From Isurus oxyrinchus (Eukaryota), in assembly GCA_026770705.1 (NCBI GenBank), contig JANJGN010000010.1:41168001-41232000 (forward strand): a stretch of DNA of 64,000 nt. Direction: 5' to 3'. The notes under the pieces are model-generated. The model ran no database searches. It saw only the letters and a program-made list of their open reading frames with translations, and was not told where the DNA came from. Shown here one piece after another: positions 1-13,858 of the stretch (positions are counted from its first letter, which is position 1; each line of letters starts with the position of its first letter). The translations under genes were made by a program, and so were the position numbers.

Positions 1-672
1 ATAGAAATCTGACTTTGTGGACTTCATGGATTCTGTCATGGATTTTCTTGTGTTTGGGGGACACCAGCATGAAAATTTAAATTCATGCACAGCTGGATCT
101 CGGCGTTTTTATGTGAGCAAGGGGTGTGGGAGAAGAAAAGGAAAATAAACTTTAAGAAAATAATAACATTTTGAATTTGATCACTTTGATAATGCTTTCC
201 TAAATCAACAGCATTTATTGTTGAGGTTAAGAAGGAATGCTTTCATATTGATCATCTCCCAAATTGTCTATTTCATTGCTAAGGTAGCCCACCAAATCAA
301 AAGCTACTCAAAAGGCAAGGCAGGGCCAATATAAAGTAAATGAGCAGTACTTCCTCGGAAGATATTAAAATCATCAAATGCTGGAGTTTGTAATGCCTAT
401 TGCCATTTATCTCATTGCAGGGAAGCCAACTGTACAGACAGCATTGTTCAGTTCATCAATGTGGGTTTCCACATGCTAATCCATAAGAAGCTTTTACAAA
501 CAAGATCCTCGATGGGAAACGAGCTTGTATATAAGATTGTCACAAATGTGCGATTTTATAAGATTATGTTTTGGGACCGTGCTTTAATTTAGGGGAAGAT
601 AGGGGAATGAATTGGGTCATTTGACCTCTGAATTCTGGTGGTTTAAGAGGGTCCCAGGTTGTTTGATTTGTC

Positions 673-805
673 AGTCCTGAAGAAGTCATATTCAACTCAA
701 AACATTAACTCTTGTTCCTCCCTCCACAGATGCTGTCAGACCTGCTAAGTATTTCCAGCACTTCCTGTTTTTATGTCAGATTTCCAGCATCCACAGTATT
801 TTCTA
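673..805 (+). mobile_element. Penelope-like element terminal repeat fragment with a decayed hammerhead motif
   Basis: ctgaagaagtc...aaacattaact...cacagatgctgtcagacctgct...tttccagcatccacagtatttt is homologous to the tail of the element at 38720-38853. Confidence 0.75.
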
Positions 806-924
806 TTTATTCATGTCCATAATGTAATTGTGGACATTCCGCGAGTTTGGTTGACAGCTGCTAGAAAGCATTAATAGAAGGCTGAGAATGAAAATGTGCT
901 TTTCTATCCAGGGTTCAGTGCCGA

Positions 925-1370
925 GACAATAGAACACAAAAAAAAAATTAGGAGCAGGAGTACACCATGTGGTCCGTTGAGCCTGTTGCACCATTCAGTA
1001 TGATCATGGCTGAGCTTGGATTTCAATTCCACTTTCCTGTTGGCCCACCATTCCCTGATGGACCAAAAATCTGTCCTTCCCAGCCTTAGGTATATTCAAC
1101 ACAGGAGCATCGACAACCCTCTGGAGTAGACAATTCAAAAGATTCAAGACCCTTTGAGTGAAGTAATTTCTCCTCATCTCAGTCCCTTATCTTGAGACTA
1201 TGCCCCCCCTGTTTTAGACTCCCCGACCAGCAGAAACAATCTCTCAGCATCTACCCTCTCAAGCCCCTTCAGAATCTTGTATGTTTCAATGCCCCTCATT
1301 CTTCACCCCAGAGAATACAGGCCCAATTTACTCAGCCTCTCATAGGACAACCCCTTATCCCAAGGACCTT
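925..1370 (-). mobile_element. CR1-type LINE 3' end
   Basis: Reverse complement resembles the + strand CR1 3' ends at 42440-42965 and 53340-53710 (tcagccatgatc...ctcctgctcct tail). Confidence 0.75.
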
Positions 1371-1400
1371 AGTACTGCCTCCATTGGAAGTATATCCTTT

Positions 1401-2626
1401 TGTTATGATCCCAGCTAATGTTACCCCTGGACAAGCCTGATTGCAGAGTGAAACCCAGCTTGATAGATCTGAACTTTTATTTGTTTGTTTAGATATGTGG
1501 AGAGTACTTAACAGAGTCACAGGAGTCAGCTGATGAACTTTTAACAAAAGAATAAAACATTTATTAAACAAGAAAAGATTAACTCTATTACAATCCTCCT
1601 TCACCCACAACTATATCCTTAAAGACATACAGATTTGTAAGAATAACATAAGTTACAAAAGCTATCTTATACTCTAATGTCCACAGTAAGTGCATAGTCC
1701 ATGTAACAATAGGTGACCCGTGGTCAGACACACCACACTCTGAAACCAAGTGACAGATGCCACCTTAACCGTAGGCTATGGATCTCTCATCAACTACCCT
1801 CAGACGCTTGTCGTACTGTGAGACAACCAGTCTCACTAAACTCCGCCTTTCACAGGAGGGTTTCAATTGCCATGCTTTAAGAACTCACTTTAGAACCTTC
1901 TCCCAAACTGACGCTTTCCCTCAGATGCCTTCTGGGTAAGGGTTCACCTCCAAGGTTTTGAACTTTCATTCCGATGTTCCTCTCCCTTGGGTCACCACAT
2001 GCACTCAAGCTGTCTTCCATGCATTCTTCCTCACTGACTCAGCCGTCAACAGTACCACTGCTTCACATGCCATAGCAGTGTTACAGACCTTCAGTTGTCT
2101 CTTTGGACCTTCTTGCCTCTTGCAAGTTGTTGAGATTTAAAGAGACTAAAGTTGCAGAAATCAGATTTAAAGCAAGAAGCTTGGAGCCTTTCTCTTTGCC
2201 TCTCACTCTTAACTTCATTAACAGGACCTTTTCCCAGGTTCTTGTCCTTCCTTTGACTGGAAGGTCTTCTTGAGACTTTCCCCTGTTCCACTACCCTGTA
2301 TTTTTGGAGTTTTTCTTTAGCTTTTCTTTAGCTATCTGTCTCCTTTGTTCCAATCTCCCCTGGCAGCTACTTTCAAAACCAACTGAACTCAAAACAGCTT
2401 CCAAAATCAAACTGCTGTTTCTAGCTTTTCTGTGGGAGTCACCCTTGTTGCTAGCAACAGCCCAATTCTTCTATTCTTGTTTGTTTACCTTTGTTGCAAC
2501 AGTGGTATAAACCTGATTAGAAATGCAGTCATCTTTTAAAGTGAAACTAAAACTCAATTTGACCTTTCTCAACACGATACAGAAATACAAAGCAAACTTA
2601 AGCAAAACTAAAACTGTTTCCTAACA
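1401..2626. mobile_element. Probable solo LTR (~1.2 kb)
   Basis: Starts TGTTA and ends TAACA; AATAAA/TTTATT near 1551-1565. No clean TSD (cttt vs ctca). Confidence 0.45.
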
Positions 2627-4144
2627 CTCATAAAAATACTAACATAACTTACCTGAATCATAAAGCAGTGCTAAAACATTAAGCAGTAATGAAAATTATT
2701 TTACCCATCCATGTGCCTTTCATGTTTCTGCACCCAAATTACTGTTCAAAAATGATGCCACTAATGCTTCTGTATGCTCAAAGTTTCCAGACAACTGGTC
2801 TTTCTGAACAATAGATTTCCATACTGGAGAGGTTACAATGTACTGTTTGTCCCTTGGCACCTATAAAGAGTTGGAACTGGTTAATGTTTTAGGTGCCGAT
2901 CCTTCATTGGAACTTAAAACGTGAATACTAGGAAAAGGGAAGGGGAGAACAAGTGTAAGTCATGAGTCAGGTACGCTAACTGCCATTGCAAGTTCGGCCA
3001 GCTCGAGGCCAGCCAAGGTGGAAAGGTAGGTTCAGGGTGGGAAGTAACTGTGCACACTAATGTGGTAGCCCCTGGCACTACATTAAAGTGAATTTTCAAA
3101 TAAAAGCTTAACTGCTTTCAGACTGCTTTCACAGTTACCAATGATTAGAGTGAGAAAAGGGAATTGAAAAATTTGTCAATAAAAGTTGTGAATATGTTTC
3201 AGCAACTTCAGGAAAGGCTCCAGAGATGGATGCAGGAGCCTCATTTCAGTGTTGAAATGAAGTCGACAACCATTTCAAGCAGCTGCAATAGCTACCTAAA
3301 ATTAGGCCCTCCCGAATTCCTCACTGGTTCAGGTGTGCATTCATGGAGGGCTCTGTCCTGCCCACTGTAAAGTTTGTTGACATTACAATGATGCTGAATT
3401 TAGACCCAAGTTTCTGAAAATATTTATCGACTTGGCGCAAAGCCAAGTGGTCAGCTTGTGTAGTTACAGTGTGAAAATGTTACATGGGCAAACGTGGGTA
3501 TAATTTATAATGGGTAAAATCTTGACAGAATTGTGACAATTGGAAGTGATAAGTGACACCATTTTTACAAAGATCATATTCAATATAAAAGATTCAAGTG
3601 AATTGATGCATCTGGGCCTGTTTGTGTCCTATTGATCACAGATGGCATAAAATGTTTGTATGATGTCAGCTAGCTAAGTTTTGCAGACATTGAAGTTTTG
3701 CTGCTGATTTAGTGTTTGCATCAGTATTCTGGCTGCTTTATGGATTATTGGGTTACATTGACAGGAGGGGTAATGTGCAGTCAATGGTAAAATACAGATT
3801 AACTTTATATAAACAGTCTGTTTCATGCCATCAGTGATCCGAAAGTGTAGCAATGTTTTTCCATTTCCAATATTCTCTCCTACTGAAGTTGAGACTTGCA
3901 GAGCTAAATTTCACTTGTGCTGAGAAACCTAGTTGACAGAACTTCACAACTGATCCAGGTCCTGCTCTTGCCTGTTTATCCATAGCAGCAGTTACTGGAT
4001 AGTGGTCAGGTGCAGAAAAGGGGACATTGTTTTTTGCTTTGTTTTTGGGTCTCTTTTAGCCAACTATTAGTATCCATGATGAGATCAGCAAACTTAGCAC
4101 AAAATTGAAATTGAACATTTGATCTTTTTCTTTATTAATTTTTA

Positions 4145-4440
4145 AAAATTCTTTCACAGGATGTGGGCTTCACTGGGTAGGCCAGCATTTTTATTGCTCT
4201 TGAGGAGATGGTGGTGAGCCACCTTCTTCAAATGCTGCGGTTGATATGGTCTAGGTGCACCCACAGTGTTGTTAGGGTGGGAGTTCTCAGGATTTTGACC
4301 CAACTATAGTGAACTAACAGTGATGTAGTTCCAAGTCAAGACGGTGTGTGGCTTGTAGGGGAACTTGCAGGTGGTGGTGTTCCCACGCATCTGCTACCCT
4401 TGTCCTTGAAGGCGATGGAGGTCATGGATTTAGAAGTTGA
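4145..4440 (-). mobile_element. 3' end of a CR1/Zenon-like LINE that shares its tail with the tRNA-SINE
   Basis: ggatgtggg...ggccagcattt tail; homologous to 43400-43680 and 61985-62260. Confidence 0.65.
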
Positions 4441-5085
4441 AGACTACATTAGGTTGTGAATTTACCCACTGAGTCAGTGATAAAGTAATTAAAACTGTTT
4501 GCCAATATCTGCAAAGCAGTCTGCAGTAACATTATCCTTTTTGGTGATGTAAGTTCTTCACATCTTTAATCTTGGGACAGATGGTAGATAAATGGAGGAA
4601 TTATAATTCTGTCAAAAATCCTAGGAGAATAGGGATAGGAACAGAAACAGCCATTCAGCACAATCATATCTCAGTGTTTAGCTGCCTCTCCCATAGCTTG
4701 TTAAATCAATAGCATAACCACTTTCTTTTTGAATGCTGTTTATAGACTGGTCATTTGCAAATGTATTCGTGTGCATTATGGCAGAAGTTAGATACTGGAT
4801 CAAACCTGTTAAGATAATTGCAGCATTTTAACTTTGATGCCTTGAAGGACATTTCCAGCTTTTTTTCCACCTACCTCCTGGATGTTTTCATTTTTCACCA
4901 TTATTGATTTTCATTAGAATGTGCTGCTTCCCAGCCTGGAGCCTGTCACCATTTTCAAATGTTTGGACTATGTTTTCTAAACTGTATAGCAAAAGGGAAA
5001 TGGTTGCACTTCATAAATGTAGCATTTTTGGTCAGTTATTGGTAATTTAATACAATAACATTCAAAGCATGAATTTATTTGCAGT

Positions 5086-6100
5086 TGTGATGGCTTTTGG
5101 GGAAAAAAACTGTTTTATGTTGGGGTGATGGTCCTTTTAAGAGCTAGGTTTCTTTGAAAGATTTCTTATACAACACCTGGCAGCAAGTAACTGATCATAT
5201 GACAAAGAAGCCTGGAAAATAATAATTAGAAAAAAGGTCATCAATAAGCTAATTAAAGGGGTGAGTAAATTGTGGATGTGGTTCTGGCCTCAAGCAGGGT
5301 TTTTAGTTTAGAACAAGCTTGTTGCAGGAAATCATTTCTTTCAGGCAGAGTTCAGTTGAAATTCTGTATGCTGGCTAAATGAGTTAAATCTCTTGCTTAC
5401 TGAAGGCCTCCTAACAGTGGGTTTGATTTTTGGGGATAGCCAAGCTGAGAAAAAAGAGAGGAGAGCTTTAGATACAAGTCCCCGGTGTTAAAAAAAAAAA
5501 TACTTGAGCCAGGAGAGTTCTGACCCGAGATAGCAATGCTTGAGACATTAGTGATGCCTGTGTTGGACTGGTTGTCTACAACCAGTTGGAGGAAATTTGA
5601 AGGGAAAACCTTTCCAGAAGTAAGTGGAAGGCTCACAAAAACTAAGCCCTTGTATGAAACATTGAAATGCTATTCAGCCCAAGTATTTAATCTTTCAATT
5701 TCTTTTAAGTATGTGACTTGAGTTTTGGGGTGTAAGCCAAATGAGTTTTGGGGTGTAAGCCAAATGGGTTTCAAAGGAAAGCTGAGTTAAGAAACTCTAT
5801 TTTCACTACAAACAACTCTGTTCAATGTACTGTTAACATCTTTAACATAACTGTGTTTAAGATAGTGAAGTTATTTGAATTCTTTTTTATTTAGTAACAT
5901 TCTTTTGATGTAAACCTTGCGGCTTTGTTCTTTTAGTAAATATCTGCGTTTTTGGAATTAAAAAATAAACATTACTGTTTCCTAAAGAGATCCCAGCACA
6001 GACCATTATCACTTCAGCATCTGTGACCTGAAGAAATATTCCAATAAAGTAAATGTAATGTTTGGTAATTAATGGTGTATTTTTTTTCCTTGTTGACAAC
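5086..6100. mobile_element. Possible LTR-like insertion
   Basis: Starts near TGTGATGG, has AATAAA near 6043 and an internal tandem duplication. Termini and TSD are not resolved. Confidence 0.25.
5719..5766. repeat. Perfect 23-bp tandem duplication TGAGTTTTGGGGTGTAAGCCAAA x2
   Basis: Read directly from the sequence. Confidence 0.95.
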
Positions 6101-8534
6101 TTGTTCTCTCCCTGTCATTAAGTATTGTTCATTCATAATATGAAAACAGCAGCTATCATAGTTATCTATATTTCTTAGTCCTTAAAACTCCTTTGCACAG
6201 TTTACAGTGCAGCGCATTTTCTGAAAGAAAATTGGAATAGTGAGATGATGTTATGAAAATGGCATTTGCTTTGAAATTGTGCTGCTCAATATTAACTGAA
6301 AGTGCAAACTATAATTAAGGTGCTAACTAGATAAAAGAACATTTTGTTGCACTCAAAAATGGGCTGGTAGTGGAACCAAAAATCAAATGGTAGTTAGTTA
6401 CGCATATTTAATGCTGCTGTTCTGACTTTAGGACAGAGCTGTATCCCCCTAGCTGGATCTCCCATGAGAAAGACGCAGCACCGCATATCTAAATTTGGAT
6501 AGGGACCATTAACATTGTTAGGCTCCCAATGCTAGTTTTGTCTTTGCCTACTTGATTATCACCAGTTCTTGTTCCTGCCCACCAACCGGAGATAATGAAA
6601 GTCGGGAGGTAGCCATTTGAAACGATAGTTAAAGAGACCCTTAGCTCGTGTCAGGTAACACTGGATGAGCCTTTTGGAGACATTTTTCTGGCAGTTGCTT
6701 GTGGGTTTTGCACCTGCTCTGTGGTATGTGCTATAGATTTTGCCGTCATGTTACCTGCACCTTTTGTGGTGTTGCTCCTATTCCTGATGCTAAATACACC
6801 TACCTTTTTAAGCTGCTGCACCTGCAGGTATTTAGCAAGCAACCAAACTGTCCGATTTCCTGTCTCTAAATCAGTAAACTGACTTTTGGGGTGCATGTTT
6901 CAAGCTGGTAGCTCACTGGCTGCATTATGTTGAGGGCTAATCATGAAAGTCAATTGGCCCCTCTGGGTGATGGGGAAGTCGTAGGGTGGGCACTGGGCAT
7001 GCTTTATTCACCAAACACCTGTTACACATGAAAATTACCCTGCAGTAATGTCTTTGCTGAAATAGCAGATGGAGGAATTTCAGATGAATGTGTTCACATG
7101 ATCATTAGTAACATTTCACAATGGCTTCAAGGCAATTTTGTCCATTGACTCTTGCAAAGTATATAGATGCAGCAGAAATACATCTAGAAGAGAGAGAATG
7201 AAAGATCTTTCGTGCCTTACACATCTATGAATCATATGTTCCACCTTCCTTATATAAAAAGCTCTGCACTGACCATTGATGCACAGCAATTTTAGGATTA
7301 AAATGTATGTGATTCTCCTATATATGAACTATAAATAATGAGCACTGCCATCAAGGGGAGAAATTTCACCATGCACCATCTATAACACGGTCACTGATAT
7401 TTTTTTCTGACACATTGAAATAAAGACAGATATAACGCCCATCATTTCATGCTTACTTTTCTGACCTCTATTAACCTAGTCTCTCCCAAGAATAGTAGTC
7501 AGTGATTTACAAGAAATTGCCAATTTATAGAAGTTTTTTCAATAATTATACTACAATTGACTTAGATTTGCCTATTTAGATTATGTACTCAAATGGAATA
7601 CCTGAGCAGTGCAAAGTGGCAGATGAATGTTTAATACAGCTTTATCTGAACAATAAAACATCTCAACTGTGTTAAAAACCTTAGACTACACATTCACAGC
7701 ACCATGGGACCTCCACAGATAGTTTAAAAAGCTAAGGCTGAATTTGGCTAGTGCCTGTAACGGGCATTATCACAATACCAATTTTTAACATGTTTTTCTA
7801 CATTTATGAACACAAGTTTAAAAATAGATTTTCTTTTTTCAAACATGAATTGAAAATGTATTAACAGAATATAAGCAATTTAATTTCACTTTATTAAGTT
7901 TCTTTATAATTTGTGGAAATGCAACATGTATGTTGTGCACCTCTTCCCAGACATTGATCCACACTGGTGTATAGTTCCCTAGCTGATGAGTGTTCTCTGT
8001 CAACTGCTTCCAATTTCTACCATCCTTTCCTGACTCTGCTGCCTCCTGCTTGACTGAGCTCATTCTCGTCATCATTCAGTGATCATAGATGCACACTTGC
8101 AGCAGGGACCACTGGACAGTTGGAAACCTGATTGATCTTCCTCTCCTGGTTCAAGACTACTGAAGTAAACAGTAACACTCCACAACCAGCCAGACTGAGA
8201 TCAGTTATCTTGTGGGGTACTAGGAGCCAAGCTTGGCATTTTCCTGATCTGTGCACTCAATATCACATCACAAGAGTCAGTTGTTAGCTGTTAGGGAGGG
8301 GAGTAGTGACCAGTTTGATTTTGTATTTGACAGATGAAGGGTAAAGAGGGAGTATGAGGCAAAAATAGCAGGTGGCATAAAATAGAATCCCCAAATCTTT
8401 TAGGAACATGAAAAGTGAAAGACTAGTTAAAACTAAACAATGATGGGCTGAGTAGGGACAAAAAACAAAATCATTTTGAGAGGCAGAGGTACTGAATGAG
8501 TACTTTGCAGCTGTATTTACAAAAAAAAGTAGTT

Positions 8535-8621
8535 AGTAGTGGAGTGGGGGTGGGGCAGGGTATGGGTGGGTGGTGAGTAGTGGAGTGGGGGTGGGGCAGG
8601 GTATGGGTGGGTGGTGAGTAG
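8535..8621 (+). repeat. 41-bp G-rich tandem duplication
   Basis: AGTAGTGGAGTGGGGGTGGGGCAGGGTATGGGTGGGTGGTG x2 (8535-8575, 8576-8616). Confidence 0.95.
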
Positions 8622-9119
8622 AGATTTTGGATAGGATAAAAATAGATAAAGGAGGTGCTAAATAGATTATTATCATTCAAAGTTAATAAGTTACTTAGTC
8701 CAGATAGATAGTCCAGGAATATATTTTAAGCAAGGAGCCTGAGAAATAAGACAAGGCACAGATAGGCAGGTGGGAGTATGATATTATAGCTATAGCCGAG
8801 ACTTGGCTAAAAGAAGGGCGGGATTGGCAGCTCAACATTCTTGGTTATAGGGTATTCAAATGAGGTAGAGAGGAGGATAATAGAGGTGGTGGTGGGGGGG
8901 GGAGGGGGCGGGTTGCAAAATTAATCAAGGAATCAATTACAGCAGTGAGGAGGGATGATATCTTGGAAGGATCATCAAATGAGGCCATATGGGTAGAAGT
9001 AAAAAAACTCAAAAGGGGCAAACACACTGGGTGTATACTGTAGGCCCTCACAGAGTCTGAATTGGATGCACCTTAGGTTACTGATCACAGGAATCCAGCG
9101 TGGAGATAGCTGAAGCTCT

Positions 9120-9550
9120 CATAGACTCTTAGACGTTTACAGCACAGAGGAAGACTATTCGGCCCATCATGTCCACACTGTCAACAAAGATCTGACAACA
9201 CTAATCCCATTTTCCAGCACTTGGCCCATAGCCCTGGAGGCTACGGCAACGCAAGTGAATATCTAAATACTTCTTAAATGTTACGAGAGTTTTTGACTCA
9301 ACCACCCTTTCAGGCAGTGCGTTCCAGACTCCCACCACCCTCTGGGTGAAAAAATTTCTCCTCAACTCCCCTCTTAGCCTTTCACCTCTTACCTTAAATC
9401 TATGCCCCCTGGTTATTGATCCATCTACTAATGTAAAAAGTGCCTTCTTATCCGCCCTATCTACAACCCTCATAATCTTATACATCTCTATCAGGTTCTC
9501 CCTCAACCTTCGCTACTCCAAGGAAAACAACCCCAGCCTATCCAATCTTT
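9120..9550 (-). mobile_element. Younger CR1 LINE 3' end inserted antisense in the older CR1
   Basis: ORF 9201-9506 (LIEMYKIMR...TRGHRFKV...RRNFFTQRVVGVWNALPERVVE) is a typical CR1 ORF2 C-terminus. Confidence 0.9.
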
Positions 9551-10310
9551 GACCACAATCTTTCAATCCTCCTTGGATATTGGAGTGGTGTTAGAGGTTT
9601 GGGGAATTGCATTTGTTAACATGCCTCTTGTAAACAAGAAGAGAGAAGAGAGAAAAACCTGATAATTATGCACTATAAGTGTCTAATATCAGTTATGGGA
9701 AAACTACTGGAATCACTGCTGAGGACAAAATTAATTCCCACTTGGAAGAAGCATCAGTTGATGAGGGGCATCCAGATATGTTGAAGACAAATCATACCTG
9801 ACTAACCTGATTTAGTTTTTTAAAAACAGGGTTGATGAAGGTAGTGCATGATATATTGTGTCTATGGACTTTCAGAAGGCATTTGATAAAGTACCTTAAC
9901 AAATTTCTTCAGAAGATAGATGCACATAGTATTAAAGGGCATTTATATATAAATTACCTAGATTTGGGGATAGGGAGTGCAATTTTGAAGTTCATGGATG
10001 AAACAAAACTTGACAACAGAGTAAATAATGAGCATAAAAGCAGCAGATTTCAGGAGGATGTGGACAGACTGGTGGAATGGGCTAATTCATGGTCAGCAAT
10101 TTCATGCAGATAAGTGTGAAGCAATACACTTGGAGAAGCAACATGGAGAGGCAGTTTAATCTAAGTAGTACTAGAGATGCGCAAGAACAAACATACCTAG
10201 GGGCCACCTTTTCACAAATCTTTGAATGTGGCAGGGTAATTTGTTAAGGCAGTTAATAAAGCATTTGGAATGCTTGACCTTCCAAATAGGGGCATTGAAT
10301 AAAAAAAAAG

Positions 10311-10620
10311 CTTGTATTTATGTAATGCCTTTCATGACTACCAGACTTCTCAAAGTGCTTTGCAGCCAGTGAAGAACTCCTTGAAGTGTGGTCACTTTGA
10401 TAATGTAGACAACGTGACAGTTAATTTGCATCCAACAAAATCTCTCAAACAGCACTGTGATAATGACTGGATTGTCTCTTTTTGTGATGTTGAGTGAGAG
10501 ATAAAAATTGGCCAAGACACCAGGGATAAATCCCCGCTCCTCTTCAAAATAGTGCCACAGGACCTTTCACATCCAAAGGAGGAGGCAGATGGGGTCTCAG
10601 TTTAATATCTGTTCCGAAAT
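10311..10620 (-). mobile_element. Deu-domain SINE (SacSINE1/AmnSINE1-like) fragment inside the CR1
   Basis: aaatagtgcca...gcagatggggtctcagtttaa resembles the recalled Deu central domain; L2-like tail ttgtatttatgtaatgccttt. Confidence 0.65.
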
Positions 10621-11548
10621 ACTGAAACAAGGAGGCCATACTAATTCTTTAAAATTCACTGGCTAGGCCTCAACTGGAACATTGTGTACAATTCTGGGCA
10701 CCACACTAAAAGAAATCAAGGTCCTGGAGGCAGTACAGATGAGGTTTACCAGGATACTACCAGGGATAGGGACTTCAGTTCTGATGAGAAATTGAAGAAG
10801 CTAGGATTGTTCTCCTTAGAGCAGAGAAGGTTAAGGGGAGATCTGGTACAGGTATTCACACCTTTGAGGGGCTTTGACAGAACAGGAAGGGAGAAACTTT
10901 TGTTTTTGGAAAATGGGTGGGTAACTGGCAAAAGAATTAGAGAGGAAATGAAGATAAATGTTTTCATTCAGAGCATTATAAAGATATAATATGAACTACC
11001 TGAGAGGGTGGTGGAATCAGATTCCAGAGCAACTTCCAAAAGGCAATTAGCCATGTACTTGGAGGACTGACCTGCAGGATTAAGGGGAAAAAAGCCAGGG
11101 TTTGCTTTAAACTGGATTGCTCAAAGAACAAGCGCAGGCATGATGGGCTAAATGGCCACCCTCTGCAATATTCTGTGATTCATGATCAAAATACTTTTCA
11201 TGCTTTTGATGCAGATGGTGTGGCTTTTACTATAGGACCATATTGTAGTAATCTATCTATATCGTGGCTGCAAAATCTCTGCTCAGAAAAAGAAGGATGT
11301 ATTTAAACTTAATTTGCCAAGAACAAAGTCATGAAAAATATTAGGAAAGCAAGTTAATTCAAGGCATGAACTTTCAGAGAGGATGGGAACAGAGGTCAAG
11401 AGTGCAAGAGGGAACAGTAGGCAGTAAGAGGATGAACAGTAATTGAGAAATGGATATAACCCTGGAGATAGAAGGTAAGGCGAAGAAAAGAAGATGGATG
11501 AAAGTTAAAGGGGTGGGTTAAAAATAAATGATGGAAGGGATAGACATA

Positions 11549-12134
11549 GGCTTGAATTTTTCCTGCATCGGGTGGGCTTGGCTGGAGTGGACGAGGGCGG
11601 ACTATTGGTTCGGCACCGCGATTTCACGCAGACGGGCCATTAAGACCTGCCCAGCCTGGATCGCGAGTGGAAGCACTGAGCGCTACCTGTGCGGGGGGTG
11701 GGAGAAGGAGGGACAGTCGGGTCCAGCGCTCTTTCGCGCATGCATGTGAAAGAGCAGTTCAATCTCCCGGAGGCACGGACTGTGTCACATGAGATGGGAC
11801 AGTTTTTAATTTTCAAAAATTTTTATTCAATTTGTAGAAGCTTTAGGAAACCTCATCCTGCTCGTGGATGAGGCTTCTTAAAAATTGTAAAGGCCACTTG
11901 GCCTTTTCGCCTGTCTGCCAAAAATTAGGTTGGACGGGCAGCGTAAATTTGGAGTTAAGTAGTACGTTAAGTGGCCTTAATTGGCCTTTCAATTATTGGT
12001 GACGTGCAGCCAACTCAGGCACGCACCTGCCAAACAAGATGTCGCGAGACAGCGCATGCCCAACAACATCGTGCGTCATTTTATGTTCCGCCATGTCGGG
12101 CCTGTCCCCACACACTGAATGTAAAATCCTGGCC
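11549..12134. mobile_element. Non-autonomous DNA transposon (PIF/Harbinger-like MITE), copy 1
   Basis: Imperfect TIRs GGCTTGAATTTT / AAAATCCTGGCC; co-linear homology with 29702-30334. Confidence 0.7.
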
Positions 12135-13566
12135 ACAATGCTATCCTTTTATCCAGAGCAATGCCATGGATGATCAATTTGCGTTCTTGTAAAATCCATT
12201 TTAAAACTAAACAAATCTAGCATGTCCATGTGGATTCATGGATCTCAGCCAGTATCTCATGTGCTAAGATTCTATATACAGCATATGCTCTTTCTCATAA
12301 ATCCCCCATATGGCTTTCAAAAATCCAACCATTATTTAAAAAGAGACCAATGCAGTAAGTTGACTCTGGAGGTGCAATTGTCTTGAATGCTGATGAATTA
12401 TGCACAGCTTTAAGGTTGTTTGGTTTGTATGAATTGTTTATTAGTTCCTTAACACTGATTTTGAAACTGTCTCAAGGTTTAGCTCTGGCAAGAGTATCTC
12501 ATTTTATTCTTGGTGTTCAATCAGCACGGTCACCTTTCATATAAGAGGTAGAATGGGTTTTTATTATTCCTGTTGCACCAGGCTAGAAAGAAATTGAAAC
12601 TGGAAGCAGTTCAAAGTATAGAAAATGTTCTAAGACAATTAATGAAGTGAAATAAGTTGCACAGCATAAATTTCTTGCTTATTTTGAAACTGGATGGTTT
12701 AGTGGCTTGGCATGCCAATTTAAATTCAGCCTAGAATGAAGGAATGAAACTTCTGTCTGTTAATGTTATAGCGTTGAAATTTGACTTCAAATATCAGGGT
12801 ATGAGCTCTTAATACATTGGTATCCCATTGCTATCAAACTTAATTATTGTAAATGACATCTTGCCTCCATTAAAAAAAAATCCTGTTCTATTTTAACAGT
12901 GTTAAACATGCTTGATCGCTAATGTTTTAAAAAAAACACCGCTTCAAAGAATGAGAGTCCTATGTAAAATGAGTCGGAATGGTTTTGATAAGTTATTAGT
13001 TGCTTTGGACACATGGAATGACTTTAGCACAAGGCTGACAGTCCCTTTTACAGAAGGACCACAAAGTGGCTGGTGTGAGAAAGGGGAGATTTCAATGTGC
13101 AAGGAGTGCTTTTCCAAGGTTGGGGAGTGGTTAATATTGTTGCGGCACAGTAGACAGATCTTCGCTCAGTTTTTAAGCATGTTGGAAAGTCCTTGATGCT
13201 GAAACACAACATCCAAAATGAGAAGGCTTTCCAGGAGGTCTTCTCTACAACCACCACTTCCTGAGAATTCATTTATTTTCAAGAGAAAAAATGTTGAAGT
13301 TTGATTACACATGCTATTTTTTTTCATGATATTGTTCATATTCCTGCAGATGTTACATTAGTTAGCTGGAAAATAACTGAAGTTCGTGTTGTATCACACC
13401 TCATGGTGGGTTAATCACTGAGCCATAATTTGTGGATAAACTAATTTAAAGCTACTATGCTTTTTTTTTTAAAAAAAGCAACATTTTAATTAGTGTCATC
13501 TAATTAGTCACATGTTTCTGCAGAATATTACCCATTTGTCATTACCACAGACCTCAACCTTTTAGT

Positions 13567-13763
13567 AAAAACTCAGCAGGTCCGGCAGCATCAGCGGAGA
13601 AGAAAAGAGTTGACGTTTCTAGTCCTCATGACCCTTCGACAGAACTAGTACTCGAAACATCAACTCTTTTCTTCTCCGCTGATGCTGCCAGACCTGCTGA
13701 GTTTTTCCAGGTAATTCTGTTTTTGTTTTGGATTTCCAGCATCTGCAGTTTTTTTGTTTTTAT
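13567..13763. mobile_element. 197-bp fold-back Penelope terminal-repeat insertion
   Basis: 14-bp TSD CTCAACCTTTTAGT (13553-13566, 13764-13777); 57-bp inverted arms 13567-13623 and 13650-13706 with 3 mismatches. Confidence 0.9.
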
Positions 13764-13858
13764 CTCAACCTTTTAGTGTTGGGAATATAATGCAAACTTT
13801 TTAACTTACTAACCAAGAGATTTTTTAAGTTAATGCAAATATATTTATTTCTAATCAG

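Larger units (their letters stand above)
8330..11190 (+). mobile_element. Fragmented CR1 LINE(s): endonuclease remnant, RT remnants and 3' end, with nested insertions
   Basis: About 8775-9000 reads YDIIAIAETWLKEGRDWQLNILGYRVF...EAIWVE (APE endonuclease). 9832-10113 has DF.KAFDKV-like and KF.D.TKL remnants. ORF 10684-10989 has LGLFSLEQRRLRGDL. Confidence 0.85.

Noticed and set aside
1-13550. Expected upstream PLEKHA7 exons (WW domains, RPSSMVSE linker)
   Set aside because: No matching translation was found by eye. They are presumably upstream of the window, though a divergent exon could have been missed.
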